Positions 17,780 to 27,381 of a DNA stretch of 40,800 bases are shown here, in pieces. The notes beneath the pieces are model-generated. The model searched no databases, was not told the DNA's origin, and saw nothing but the letters and a program-made list of their open reading frames with translations. Position numbers and translations under genes: made by a program. This stretch comes from Cytophagia bacterium (GTDB taxonomy: Bacteria; Bacteroidota; Bacteroidia; UBA7662). The first letter of the stretch is position 1. Each line of letters begins with the position of its first letter. The stretch is taken from assembly GCA_009926405.1 (NCBI GenBank), contig RFOZ01000003.1, forward strand, positions 1 through 40,800, read 5' to 3'.

Positions 17780-19279
17780 TTAACCCCTGAGGGGATGCTC
17801 TTTGATGAGTTCACCGGCCACCACCTGACCCGAAATCAACGAAGGAGGAACACCGGGACCGGGCACGGTTAACTGCCCACAGAAATACAAATTGGAGAGT
17901 GATTTGTGCTTGAGGGATGGTTTGAGCAGGGCCGTCTGGGTCAGTGTATTGGCCAGCCCGTAGGCGTTGCCCTTGAACGAATGATAATCCTTGACAAAGT
18001 CCCGATGAGCGTAGGATTTGCGGTAGATGACGTGGCTACGGATGGATTGTCCAGTCAATCGCTCAAAGCGATCCATGATCAGGTGGTAGTACTTTTCCCT
18101 CAATTCCTCGGTGTCTTCCAACCCCGGAGCCAGTGGCACCAAGATTACCAGGTTTTCCATTCCTTCGGGAGCAACCCCTGGATCGGTTTTGGAGGCAAGG
18201 GACGTATAAAAAAGAGGCTTGCTGGGCCATTGAGGATGCGTATAAATTTCCTCGGCATGCAATCCAAAATCTTCATCAAAAAACAAAGTATGATGGGTTA
18301 ACCCTTCCAACGGTTTGGAGAGCCCAATATAAAACAACAGACTGGAGGGTGCCAGGACCCTTCGATCCCAATAGGTGGAAGAATAATTCCTGTGTTCGGC
18401 CGGCAAAACCTCCTGGTCAAAGTGATGGTAATCAGCCCCGACAACCACGGCATCCGCTTGGTATTCTTTATCCAATGTGCAGACGGAACGAATTCGCCCC
18501 CCTTGCGCTTTAATGGTTTTAACCTCTTGATTATAAACGATTTCTACCCCCATTTCTTCGGCTAGCGAGACCATTCCGTCCACTATTTTGCCCATACCGC
18601 CCATGGGATACCAGGTGCCAAGACCCAGATCCGCATAATTCATCAGGCTGTACAAAGCTGGTGTGTTACGGGGCGTAGCTCCCAAAAAAAGAACAGGGAA
18701 TTCCATCATCTGAACGAGGTGCGGGTGTTTGAAATGAGCCCGAACGTGGGATGCCATCGACTTGAAAACATCCATTCGCAACACATCCCATATCAAGCGT
18801 GGGCTTAGAAATTCACCCAGGCTACGACCCGGCTTGAAAACCAAATCCCGGATGCCCACTTCGTATTTGTAGGCGGCCTGTTTCAAAAAGGATCGCAACT
18901 TCAAACCCGCTCCTTTTTCGTAAGATTCAAAAAGTGCCTCCAAGGCCTCGGCCTGCGCAGGGACCACCAAGCGCTGATCCGGTCCATACACAATTGTATA
19001 AGCTGGATCCAAACGAACCAACTCGTAATAATCGGAAACCTTGCGTCCAAAAAGGCCAAAATATTGTTCAAAAACATCCGGCATCCAATACCAAGAAGGG
19101 CCCATGTCAAAGCGAAAACCAGCTTCGTTCAGAACACGGGCTCGGCCTCCGGGCTCATGGTTCTTTTCGAGAAGCTGCACACGGTAGCCCTTGGAAGCGA
19201 GGACGGTAGCCGCCGATAACCCGGCGAATCCCGATCCCACCACCAGGACCTTTGAAGGTTTTGATGACGAATTACTCAT
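17780..19279 (-). CDS. crtI: Phytoene desaturase
   Basis: Motifs GSGFAG, FDMGPSWYWMPDVFE, LYSLMNYADL, GNAYGLANTL and GQLTVPGPGVPPSLISG. Confidence 0.95.
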   Translation of the reverse strand: MSNSSSKPSKVLVVGSGFAGLSAATVLASKGYRVQLLEKNHEPGGRARVLNEAGFRFDMGPSWYWMPDVFEQYFGLFGRKVSDYYELVRLDPAYTIVYGPDQRLVVPAQAEALEALFESYEKGAGLKLRSFLKQAAYKYEVGIRDLVFKPGRSLGEFLSPRLIWDVLRMDVFKSMASHVRAHFKHPHLVQMMEFPVLFLGATPRNTPALYSLMNYADLGLGTWYPMGGMGKIVDGMVSLAEEMGVEIVYNQEVKTIKAQGGRIRSVCTLDKEYQADAVVVGADYHHFDQEVLPAEHRNYSSTYWDRRVLAPSSLLFYIGLSKPLEGLTHHTLFFDEDFGLHAEEIYTHPQWPSKPLFYTSLASKTDPGVAPEGMENLVILVPLAPGLEDTEELREKYYHLIMDRFERLTGQSIRSHVIYRKSYAHRDFVKDYHSFKGNAYGLANTLTQTALLKPSLKHKSLSNLYFCGQLTVPGPGVPPSLISGQVVAGELIKEHPLRG

Positions 19280-19357
19280 GAACTAATAACAACACAGAGG
19301 CCAAATGGCTTGCGTTGTTGAAAAAAAAGAAACGGGGGAGGCCAATCGGCCGAAGTC

Positions 19358-19882
19358 CTAGGCGGCGTTTAAGCCATATTGGTCTCCGTAGACCGATAGT
19401 TTACGCTTCAAGACCTTGCGAGCCAAGTGAATACGGGTTTTTACCGTCCCAATCGGAATCCCAAAGCGGTCCGCAATATCTTGGTATTTATGGCCCTTGA
19501 AATTGAGCATAAATGCTTCCCTTAATTCATAGGGCAGCAAGGCAATGGCCTTGTTAAGGTCGTCCATCACCATTTTGGATTCAGCCTGGTTGGGAATCCG
19601 CTGACTGGGCTGGTTGATGTAGTAATCCTGATCGGTTTGGTCGCTGAACGTATTCCGCTTGACTTTTCGGCGGTAATTATTAATGAAGGTATTCTTCATG
19701 ATGGTGTACAACCAGCCTTTGAGGTTGGTATCCGGTGCAAAACGATCCCGGTTTGAGAAGGCTTTGAGATACGTTTCTTGGAGTAAATCGTGGGCTTCTT
19801 CTTTGTTTTGGGTTAAAAACAAGGCATACCCTTTGAGGGCGAGGGCGTGGGTAGCGACCTGATCGGTAAAGTTGGCGTCCAT
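19358..19882 (-). CDS. ECF-type RNA polymerase sigma factor heading the carotenoid cluster
   Basis: 174 aa; region 2 AHDLLQETYLKA...NLKGWLYTIMKNTFINNYRR and region 4 KYQDIADRFGIPIGTVKTRIHLARK. Confidence 0.92.
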   Translation of the reverse strand: MDANFTDQVATHALALKGYALFLTQNKEEAHDLLQETYLKAFSNRDRFAPDTNLKGWLYTIMKNTFINNYRRKVKRNTFSDQTDQDYYINQPSQRIPNQAESKMVMDDLNKAIALLPYELREAFMLNFKGHKYQDIADRFGIPIGTVKTRIHLARKVLKRKLSVYGDQYGLNAA

Positions 19883-19977
19883 TTGTTTAACCTTTTAGGA
19901 TATTTGTTAAACAAACTTACGAGAAATTTTCAAAATTCAAGCGTTTGTTGAATTTTTTTTGAAAAAAGTTGAACAAA
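19882..19977. promoter_or_regulatory. Candidate repressor operator array (TTTGTT/AACAAA and TTGAA repeats)
   Basis: AT-rich island with TTTGTTTAA at 19882, a palindrome at 19903-19915, TTTGTTGAA at 19944 and TTGAACAAA at 19969. TTGAA recurs at 19948, 19959 and 19969. Confidence 0.45.
19912..19919 (-). promoter_or_regulatory. -7 box (TAAGTTTG) for the ECF sigma gene
   Basis: Exact TAnnTTTG match 29 nt upstream of the ATG, with TTG 18 nt further upstream. It overlaps the palindrome TTTGTT-A-AACAAA (19903-19915). Confidence 0.7.
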
Positions 19978-20017
19978 ATGAGGAATCCGCCTCCCAGCTT
20001 CCAAAATCAAGGATTTG

Positions 20018-21202
20018 CTACATGCCTGAACCCATCATGGCTTCCATGCTGGTCCAAGGCAAACCGAATTTTTCACCCAGATAACGTTGGGTCAATCGAC
20101 CCTGATGGCAATAAACCCCTGCCCGCAGGCCGGGTTCCAACCACAAACAGGTCTCCATCCCCCCTCGCTGACCGGCTTCCAAAAGGATAGGAGTCATGAT
20201 ATTGCTGAGGGACTCCGATGCGGTCTGCGAAACTCGAGAAGGAATGTTGGGTACCCCGTAATGAATGACACCGTATTGTTCAAAAACAGGTTGCGTATGG
20301 TTTGTAAGCCTGGAAGTTTCAAAACAACCCCCATGGTCTATGCTGACATCTACAATCACCGAACCGGTCTTCATTCCACGAACCATGTCCTCGGTTACAA
20401 CCATGGGAGTACGACCATTACGAGCTCCCATCGCCCCTACGGCGACATCCGCCATGGCCAATTGCTCGGTTAACAAACGAGGGTGCAGAACCGAGGTATA
20501 AACCGGGCGACCTACCAACGCCTGCAAGCGACGAAGCCTGCGCAATGAATTATCAAAGACCACCACTTCACTGCCCAATCCCAGAGCCGCACGGGTGGCT
20601 TGCTCTGCAACGGTTCCAGCCCCCAAAATCAAAACCCGGGTTGGAGGAACACCGCTGACCGAACCCAACAAGCGACCACGGCCTTGGTATTGGTTGCTCA
20701 TGTATTCCGAAGCAATCAAAATCGCCATAGTTCCTGCAATTTCACTCATGGAACGGACCACCGGCAGGTAACCGCTGCGATCGGTGAGATGCTCGTAGGC
20801 AATTCCAGTGATGCGCTTGGCAATCGTTTCTTTGAGATTCGCAGCCACCATACCAGGTAAATGCAAAGCCGAAAAAACCGTTTGCCCGGACCGCAAATAA
20901 GGCAATTCTTCGGTTGGCACCGGCCCCACCTTCACCACCACCGGGCAGGCATAGATTTCGGCCGGGCCATCGGCCAATTGGGCCCCGGCATCGGCATAAT
21001 CCTGATCGCTAAAAAAACTAGGGACACCGGCATCCCGCTCCACCACCACTTGGTGCCCATTTTGAACCAGAAGGGCGACACCCTGAGGGGTTATCGCCAC
21101 CCTGTTTTCTTGAAATCCCCGTTCACAAGGAATCCCAATTCGAAGGCCAACCTGTCGCGTTGAGGTCGTAACAGGGGCCTGCAAGGTTTCGGGTGCATTC
21201 AT
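20018..21202 (-). CDS. ald: Alanine dehydrogenase family protein
   Basis: Motifs IGIP.E...ENRVAITP, MSEIAG, LGAGTV, DVSIDHGGCFETS and HYGVPNIP. Confidence 0.88.
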   Translation of the reverse strand: MNAPETLQAPVTTSTRQVGLRIGIPCERGFQENRVAITPQGVALLVQNGHQVVVERDAGVPSFFSDQDYADAGAQLADGPAEIYACPVVVKVGPVPTEELPYLRSGQTVFSALHLPGMVAANLKETIAKRITGIAYEHLTDRSGYLPVVRSMSEIAGTMAILIASEYMSNQYQGRGRLLGSVSGVPPTRVLILGAGTVAEQATRAALGLGSEVVVFDNSLRRLRRLQALVGRPVYTSVLHPRLLTEQLAMADVAVGAMGARNGRTPMVVTEDMVRGMKTGSVIVDVSIDHGGCFETSRLTNHTQPVFEQYGVIHYGVPNIPSRVSQTASESLSNIMTPILLEAGQRGGMETCLWLEPGLRAGVYCHQGRLTQRYLGEKFGLPWTSMEAMMGSGM

Positions 21203-21211
21203 GGTTGGCTA

Positions 21212-21219
21212 CGAATTTA
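21212..21219 (-). promoter_or_regulatory. Probable -7 box variant (TAAATTCG) for ald
   Basis: One mismatch to TAnnTTTG, 9 nt upstream of the ald ATG. Confidence 0.5.
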
Positions 21220-21222
21220 GAT

Positions 21223-21744
21223 TCAAAGGGGGGCCGGACCATCCACGCTAGTCAATCTTCGCCGATTTTCATACTCCGCTGGTAGCCGCTCCCCTTCTAG
21301 TACTTCCGGGGACGTTCCAAAAGTTTCCAGCTTATAAAACAAGGTTTGCTCGGGCAAAGCGGGCCCCGCTCTTTCAGGCCACTCCAGCCAAACCCAATCA
21401 GCTTGGTTCAAAAAATGCGCTGGGTCCAAGGCCAGCCACTCTTCTGGGCCTCGAAGACGGTAGAGGTCCGCATGAAGGACCACCCCTCCTTCCTCGGTGC
21501 GATACTCCTGGATCAGGGAATAGGTCGGCGATGTCGGCAAGGGATCACAACCCAGGCAGGTGCCCATCGCACGAAACAAAGTCGTTTTGCCAGCACCCAT
21601 TTCGCCGATCAAGGCCAAGACCACAGGCAAAGAACCGATACGACGACGATGGGCATGGTCCAACAAGGCTTGAGCAACCCCATCCAAATCGGATAGGCCA
21701 AAAACCCTGTCTAACATAAACTCATCGGATAACCTACCGTCCAC
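21223..21744 (-). CDS. tsaE: tRNA threonylcarbamoyladenosine biosynthesis ATPase
   Basis: Motifs GEMGAGKTT, TSPTYSLIQEY, HADLYRL and EWPE. Start is GTG 21744 or ATG 21717. Confidence 0.92.
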   Translation of the reverse strand: MDGRLSDEFMLDRVFGLSDLDGVAQALLDHAHRRRIGSLPVVLALIGEMGAGKTTLFRAMGTCLGCDPLPTSPTYSLIQEYRTEEGGVVLHADLYRLRGPEEWLALDPAHFLNQADWVWLEWPERAGPALPEQTLFYKLETFGTSPEVLEGERLPAEYENRRRLTSVDGPAPL

Positions 21745-21768
21745 CGTGCAGGTCAGGTGCCAAAGGAA

Positions 21769-22647
21769 TCAACCGGCCAGGGCCGCTGCCCCGCCAACAA
21801 TCTCGGTAATTTCGGTGGTAATGGCTGCCTGTCGGGCCCGGTTGTATTGCAGTCGCAATTCCCGTAACAAATCTCCCGCATTCTCGGTTGCCTTATCCAT
21901 CGCTGTCATCCGGGCTCCGTGCTCGGAGGCTTGGGTGTCCAACATGGCTTTGTGCAATTCTATGGCAAGGTAGAATGGCAACAAATCTTTAACTATAGCC
22001 TCACGACCCGGTTCGTACAAATAATCAGCCCCAGCAGCCCCAGCAGCCAGGGTCGTTGAGGATTCTGCCTGCAAAGGCAACCAAGGCATTGCTTTAAAAT
22101 ACTGAACGGCCGGGTTTTTGAATTCGCTGTAAACAACCACCACTTGATCGTAGTTCCCTTCCGTAAAAGCTTTGCTTAGTTCGGCAGCCATTTCGGCAGT
22201 CGCTTGATAACGGATTTTGAGCATCAAATCCTTGAAGCGCAAATCCACCGTCAAACCAGATCGCTTGAAGAAATCAGCCCCTTTGCGTCCGACAGGAATC
22301 AAGGTAACCTGCTGATCGGAAGGCAATTCCTCCATGAACCGTCGGGCTGTTTTGATGAGGTTGCTGTTAAAACCGCCACACAAGCCTTTGTCTGATGTTA
22401 ACAAAACAACGCCCACCCGTTTAATTTCCCTGACAGCAGTCAAGGGCATCTCGGCTGTTGAACCTTCGAGTCCCGATACCAAACGACCAACCATGTTTTG
22501 GAGTCCCTCGGCATAAGGACGAATTTGTTGAATCGCGCCTTGGGCTCTCCGCAGTTTGGAGGCCGAGACCATTTTCATGGCTTTGGTAATCTGCTGGGTT
22601 GATACAACCGAAGCGATGCGGACCCTGACTTCTTTGAGATTGGCCAT
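21769..22647 (-). CDS. atpG: ATP synthase F1 gamma subunit
   Basis: Motifs QITKAMKMVSASK, SDKGLCGGFN, SEHGARMTAM and RQAAITTEITEIVGGA. Confidence 0.97.
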   Translation of the reverse strand: MANLKEVRVRIASVVSTQQITKAMKMVSASKLRRAQGAIQQIRPYAEGLQNMVGRLVSGLEGSTAEMPLTAVREIKRVGVVLLTSDKGLCGGFNSNLIKTARRFMEELPSDQQVTLIPVGRKGADFFKRSGLTVDLRFKDLMLKIRYQATAEMAAELSKAFTEGNYDQVVVVYSEFKNPAVQYFKAMPWLPLQAESSTTLAAGAAGADYLYEPGREAIVKDLLPFYLAIELHKAMLDTQASEHGARMTAMDKATENAGDLLRELRLQYNRARQAAITTEITEIVGGAAALAG

Positions 22648-22668
22648 CTTTGGTTTTGATTACCTTTC

Positions 22669-24249
22669 TTAGGCTTTGTAGCGGGCGACCAATTGTTTGG
22701 CCGTGGCTGATAACACATCCGTTAAACTGTCTTCGAATTTGCCAGCTTTGAGGGCCTCCAGGACTTGAGGGTGATTGGCCCGCATGGTAGCCAGAAAATC
22801 TGCCTCAAATTCCCGAACCTTGACCATGGGTACATCCATCAAGAGACCCTTGGTTCCCAAATAAATAATGGCAATCTGATCCTCTACCCGGAATGGTGAG
22901 TATTGAGGCTGCTTAAGAATTTCAACATTGCGGGCACCTTTGTCCAAAACAGCCTTGGTAGAGGCGTCCAGGTCGGAACCAAATTTGGAAAAAGCCTCCA
23001 ATTCCCGGTACTGTGCTTGGTCCAATTTGAGGGTACCGGCCACTTTCTTCATGGACTTGATCTGCGCGTTGCCGCCGACCCTGGAAACCGAGATACCAAC
23101 GTTGATAGCAGGCCGTACACCGGCATTAAAGAGGTTGGACTCCAAGAAAATCTGACCGTCTGTGATGGAGATCACGTTGGTAGGAATGTAAGCCGAAACA
23201 TCACCAGCCTGGGTTTCAATGATGGGAAGCGCCGTTAGCGAGCCCCCACCTTTGACTTTGCCTTTGAGTGATTCCGGCAAATCGTTCATCTGCGCAATAA
23301 TCTCATCGTTGTAATTCAATTTGCAGGCTCTTTCGAGAAGGCGTGAGTGCAGATAAAAAACATCCCCAGGATAGGCTTCGCGTCCGGGGGGTCGACGCAA
23401 CAAGAGAGAAACCTCCCTATAGGCCACCGCCTGTTTGGACAAATCGTCGTACACAATCAGGGCTGGATTCCCAAGATCCCGGAAATACTCCCCGATCGCC
23501 GCACCGGCCATCGGCGCATAGAACTGGAGCGGTGCAGGGTCCGAAGCAAAGGCCGCCACAACAATGGTATACGGCATGGCCCCGTTTTCTTCGAGGGTTT
23601 TGACGATGTTCGCTACAGTCGAAGCTTTTTGACCCACCGCAACATAGATACAATAAACCGGCTTGCCGGCCTCGTAAAATTCTTTTTGGTTGAGGATGGT
23701 ATCAATGGCAATCGCAGTTTTGCCGGTCTGACGGTCACCGATAATCAATTCACGTTGTCCACGACCGACGGGAATCATGGAGTCGATCGCCTTGATTCCG
23801 GTCTGCATGGGCTCGTGAACCGGCTGACGGAAAATGACACCGGGGGCCTTTCGCTCAATGGGCATTTCAAAGGTCTCACCTTGCAAGGGACCCTTCCCAT
23901 CAATGGGTTGACCCAACGTATTGACAACGCGGCCCAACATTCCGTGCCCGGCTTTGATGGATGCAATCAGACCCGTTCGCTTCGCGGTATCCCCTTCTTT
24001 AATGCCCTCGGAACTTCCCAAAAGAACAGCACCCACATTGTCTTCTTCCAGGTTGAGAACAACGGCCCTCGTACCATTCCCGAATTCGATTAGTTCCCCG
24101 GCCTGTACACGGGTCAAACCGTAGAGGCGGGCAATTCCATCCCCCACCTGAAGGACCGTTCCGGTTTCTTCAAGTTGGGCTTGGGAATGATGGCCCGCAA
24201 GTTGTTCCCGTAGGATTGCGGAAATTTCGTCCGGCTGTAAATGTGCCAT
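22669..24249 (-). CDS. atpA: ATP synthase F1 alpha subunit
   Basis: Motifs [15 protein letters not shown] and [23 protein letters not shown]. Confidence 0.98.
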   Translation of the reverse strand: MAHLQPDEISAILREQLAGHHSQAQLEETGTVLQVGDGIARLYGLTRVQAGELIEFGNGTRAVVLNLEEDNVGAVLLGSSEGIKEGDTAKRTGLIASIKAGHGMLGRVVNTLGQPIDGKGPLQGETFEMPIERKAPGVIFRQPVHEPMQTGIKAIDSMIPVGRGQRELIIGDRQTGKTAIAIDTILNQKEFYEAGKPVYCIYVAVGQKASTVANIVKTLEENGAMPYTIVVAAFASDPAPLQFYAPMAGAAIGEYFRDLGNPALIVYDDLSKQAVAYREVSLLLRRPPGREAYPGDVFYLHSRLLERACKLNYNDEIIAQMNDLPESLKGKVKGGGSLTALPIIETQAGDVSAYIPTNVISITDGQIFLESNLFNAGVRPAINVGISVSRVGGNAQIKSMKKVAGTLKLDQAQYRELEAFSKFGSDLDASTKAVLDKGARNVEILKQPQYSPFRVEDQIAIIYLGTKGLLMDVPMVKVREFEADFLATMRANHPQVLEALKAGKFEDSLTDVLSATAKQLVARYKA

Positions 24250-24252
24250 AAT

Positions 24253-24810
24253 TTAGAATTTTTGAATGTAGGGGTTGTCGGAAAATTGCCGACGAAGTTG
24301 TTGTAAATCCCGGCGCAGCGAGGCATCCACGCGCAGGTCACCGCTTTGCATGACATAACCCCCCAAGAGGTCGGGATCCAAAGCGTAGGCGAATTCAACG
24401 CCATCACCTAAGGCGGTACGCAATCGTTGTTCCAAATCCTTCCGGTTACCCTCGTCCATGGATTGGGCGGAACGGACCCGAACCCGAACGGTTCCCTTCT
24501 GTTGTTCAAACAATTCAACAAGGGCTTGGGCCATCCCTCCGGTTTCGGCTTCGCGGTGTTTGCGTACCACCAGTTCCAAAAAGGACATGGTGAGGGGGTC
24601 AAAATTTCCGGCGAACAAGGCTCGAAGCGTTCGATTCTTGGCATCCGCTTTGATAAGGGGCGAACGAAACATCCGATCCAAATCCCGGTTGCTGTGCACA
24701 GCCGCTGACAAAACCTTCATGTTCTCGTAAACGCGCTCCGCACATCCCCGCTCGGTGGCCAAGCGAAGCAACGAAACAGCGTAGCGTTTAGCAATGCGTG
24801 GGTTGTTCAT
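24253..24810 (-). CDS. atpH: ATP synthase F1 delta subunit
   Basis: IAKRYAVSLL and DPDLLGG...DASLR; sits between atpF and atpA. Confidence 0.93.
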   Translation of the reverse strand: MNNPRIAKRYAVSLLRLATERGCAERVYENMKVLSAAVHSNRDLDRMFRSPLIKADAKNRTLRALFAGNFDPLTMSFLELVVRKHREAETGGMAQALVELFEQQKGTVRVRVRSAQSMDEGNRKDLEQRLRTALGDGVEFAYALDPDLLGGYVMQSGDLRVDASLRRDLQQLRRQFSDNPYIQKF

Positions 24811-24855
24811 GGAAGGGAATTGTTACGGGACTTAAGCGAAGGATGGTAGTTTTGA

Positions 24856-25356
24856 TTAGCGGGCAGGAATATTTAGCTCACGGAGTTGCTGTTGCAGGTA
24901 GGCTTCTTGGGCCTCGTCTTTGTGAAGCTCCTTGCGGAGTAGTTTTTCGGCAACATCCACCGATAGCGTTGCAACGAGGTTGCGCACCTCCGTAAAGGTG
25001 GCCTTGCGCTCGTTTTCGATTTCTTGACGTGCCAAATCCAAAAGCCGTTTTCCTTCTTCTTCGGCTTTGGAACGGGCCTCCGAGAGAAGATGATCCCTGG
25101 TCTTCTTGGCTTCGGTCAATAATTGATCTCGCTCGGCACGCGCCTGTGCCATTAGTTGTTCGTTATCAGCCTGCAAACGCACCATGGCTTCACGGGCATC
25201 TTTGGCTGCATCCAGGGCCTGTCTGATTTGGGCATCCCTTTCGTTTACCGAATCCAAAATAGGCTTCCACGCAAACTTGCGGAGAACCAAAAGAAGGAGT
25301 AAAAACGATAGGGCAGGCCAGACCAGCAGACCCAGTTGAGGGGTTACCAAGTCCAT
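24856..25356 (-). CDS. atpF: ATP synthase F0 subunit b
   Basis: N-terminal TM, KFAWKPIL...ER, then a coiled coil ending VAEKLL. Confidence 0.95.
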   Translation of the reverse strand: MDLVTPQLGLLVWPALSFLLLLLVLRKFAWKPILDSVNERDAQIRQALDAAKDAREAMVRLQADNEQLMAQARAERDQLLTEAKKTRDHLLSEARSKAEEEGKRLLDLARQEIENERKATFTEVRNLVATLSVDVAEKLLRKELHKDEAQEAYLQQQLRELNIPAR

Positions 25357-25366
25357 GGAGACCTCC

Positions 25367-25627
<261 letters not shown>

Positions 25628-25632
25628 TCAAA

Positions 25633-26736
25633 TCAATGGTGTTCATTGGGCTCTGGTTCGGCTGTTGCTAAACCGATAAACAAAGCACTGAGAAGGGTAA
25701 AAACATAAGCCTGTAAGACTGCTACCAGCATTTCGAGGCACTCCATAAAAAGCACAAAAGCCAAAGAAACCGGCGCCATGGCCATGCTTTTGAAGATAAA
25801 AATCAGGGAGATAAGACTGAGAATAATGATGTGCCCTGCCGTGATGTTCGCAAACAAACGTATGGTTAACGCGATAGGCTTGGAGATAATGCCCACCAAT
25901 TCTACAGGAACCATGATGGGATACAACCAAAGGGGTACATGGGGTTTGAAAATATGCCCCCAATAATGTTTGTTACCACTCCAATTGGTGATGACCATCG
26001 TAAAGACCGCAAGCACCAGAGATACGGCAATATTGCCGGTCAAATTGGCCCCTGTCGGAAGCAAGCCCAACAAATTGTTAATCCAAATGAAGAAAAAAGC
26101 CGTTAACAAATACGGCATGTAGCGCTGATAGCGATGTTCGCCAATGTTGGGTCTGGCGATATCATCCCTCACAAAGAGGATAATAGGTTCCAAAAATCGA
26201 GCCATTCCACCGGGGAGGCGTTGTTCGGAGCGGGTGTAGGAACGAGCAACGGACCCAAAAATCAATACCAGCAGGACGACGCTGATAAGCATGGAGGCCA
26301 CATTTTTGGTGATAGAAAAATCCAGTACCCGAAGACCGGAAGCCTCCGAAATATGTCCATGCTCGTCCATTTGAAAGGTTAGACCCTTGGAAACAGGGCG
26401 GGCATGGCCATGATCAAAGGCCGATGACATCATCGTGTGAAGGGTGCCTTGGCACCACAAAAGAACAGGAAGCGGAATCGAAACCGGATGGATCATCCCC
26501 TCCGCATCGGTGTGATCGTACAGATGCCAATCGTGGGCGTCGGCGATGTGATGCAGAATGACTTTGGAGGGATCAAACGTTTGTTCTTCGGCGGTATCCA
26601 CGGATGTATGCCCACCCATGTTTTGGGGTTCAACAGGGGTACCGGCCCATGCAGGACGAGGACCCGAGGTTACCAACCACAAGCCCAGGATACTCAGGCA
26701 AAGGGAAAAACCGCGGACTACTGAACAATGACGCAT
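25633..26736 (-). CDS. atpB: ATP synthase F0 subunit a with Bacteroidota N-terminal extension
   Basis: Motifs HHIADAHDWH, DFSITKNV, NLTGNI, IRLFANITAGH and LQAYVFTLLS. Start is ATG 26736 or TTG 26775. Confidence 0.95.
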   Translation of the reverse strand: MRHCSVVRGFSLCLSILGLWLVTSGPRPAWAGTPVEPQNMGGHTSVDTAEEQTFDPSKVILHHIADAHDWHLYDHTDAEGMIHPVSIPLPVLLWCQGTLHTMMSSAFDHGHARPVSKGLTFQMDEHGHISEASGLRVLDFSITKNVASMLISVVLLVLIFGSVARSYTRSEQRLPGGMARFLEPIILFVRDDIARPNIGEHRYQRYMPYLLTAFFFIWINNLLGLLPTGANLTGNIAVSLVLAVFTMVITNWSGNKHYWGHIFKPHVPLWLYPIMVPVELVGIISKPIALTIRLFANITAGHIIILSLISLIFIFKSMAMAPVSLAFVLFMECLEMLVAVLQAYVFTLLSALFIGLATAEPEPNEHH

Positions 26737-26793
26737 GGAAGTTGGTGCAATAAAGGGCCTTTGGGCATGAATCAAGGCCGATTTGACCTGATT

Positions 26794-27174
26794 TCAATGC
26801 GGGCGCAAGATAGAGACCAAGGCCCGATTTACAAAAGCCAAATCAAGCAGAATCAAGGCGACCAAAACCAAGGCATCGGGTTTGGATTCCAACACACCCA
26901 AGGATCGAGCCACCAGGATAGCCAAAAGGTTCAAAAGCAGATGAACAAAAGGCAATGGGAAGGCCCACGCCGGGTTCTTTGAAGAACGAAGGGAAAGAGC
27001 GTAAATGCAGAGGAGATACAAAGCATTGACAAAACTCATGAGGGTCCACGTCGTCCACCAGGTTCGCAATCCGGTTTCGCCACAAAAACCTACCAAGGGA
27101 TAAGCAGCGGCCAGCACACTGTGCAGGGCCACAAATCCTAGAAACCAGGACCAAAAAACCGAAAAACGTGCCAA
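26794..27174 (-). CDS. Hydrophobic ~4-TM protein upstream of atpB (AtpI-like by position)
   Basis: 126 aa, hydrophobic, TTG start abutting the atpZ-like stop. Function is inferred from position only. Confidence 0.6.
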   Translation of the reverse strand: MARFSVFWSWFLGFVALHSVLAAAYPLVGFCGETGLRTWWTTWTLMSFVNALYLLCIYALSLRSSKNPAWAFPLPFVHLLLNLLAILVARSLGVLESKPDALVLVALILLDLAFVNRALVSILRPH

Positions 27175-27381
27175 TCAACGGTCTTTAAGACGGGACCAAA
27201 CCCCTGCAAAGGCCATCACGAGGCCTAGCAACAGCCCCAAAAGAGTCCAATAAGGTTTGGCACTCCCCTGTCGATGGTCCATTCGAGAGCCCAGCCAGGC
27301 CCCTATTGCGATTGGCAAGGCCATTTGTACGGCCAATCCTCCGTAACGGGCCAGGCCTTCAAGCCGTTTTGGCATGAGCAT
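27175..27381 (-). CDS. AtpZ/AtpI family small membrane protein
   Basis: ARYGGLAVQM...GAWLGSRMD...PYWTLLGLLLG two-TM pattern. Start is one of ATG 27375, 27381 or 27390. Confidence 0.8.
   Translation of the reverse strand: MLMPKRLEGLARYGGLAVQMALPIAIGAWLGSRMDHRQGSAKPYWTLLGLLLGLVMAFAGVWSRLKDR

Noticed and set aside
19321-19352. GGCC-GATT-GGCC hairpin plus T-run after the sigma gene as an intrinsic terminator
   Set aside because: The stem is only 4 bp and is separated from the T-run, too weak to call.
26300-26775. His-rich N-terminal extension and signal-like leader of AtpB
   Set aside because: This is a common feature of Bacteroidota subunit a and not novel.
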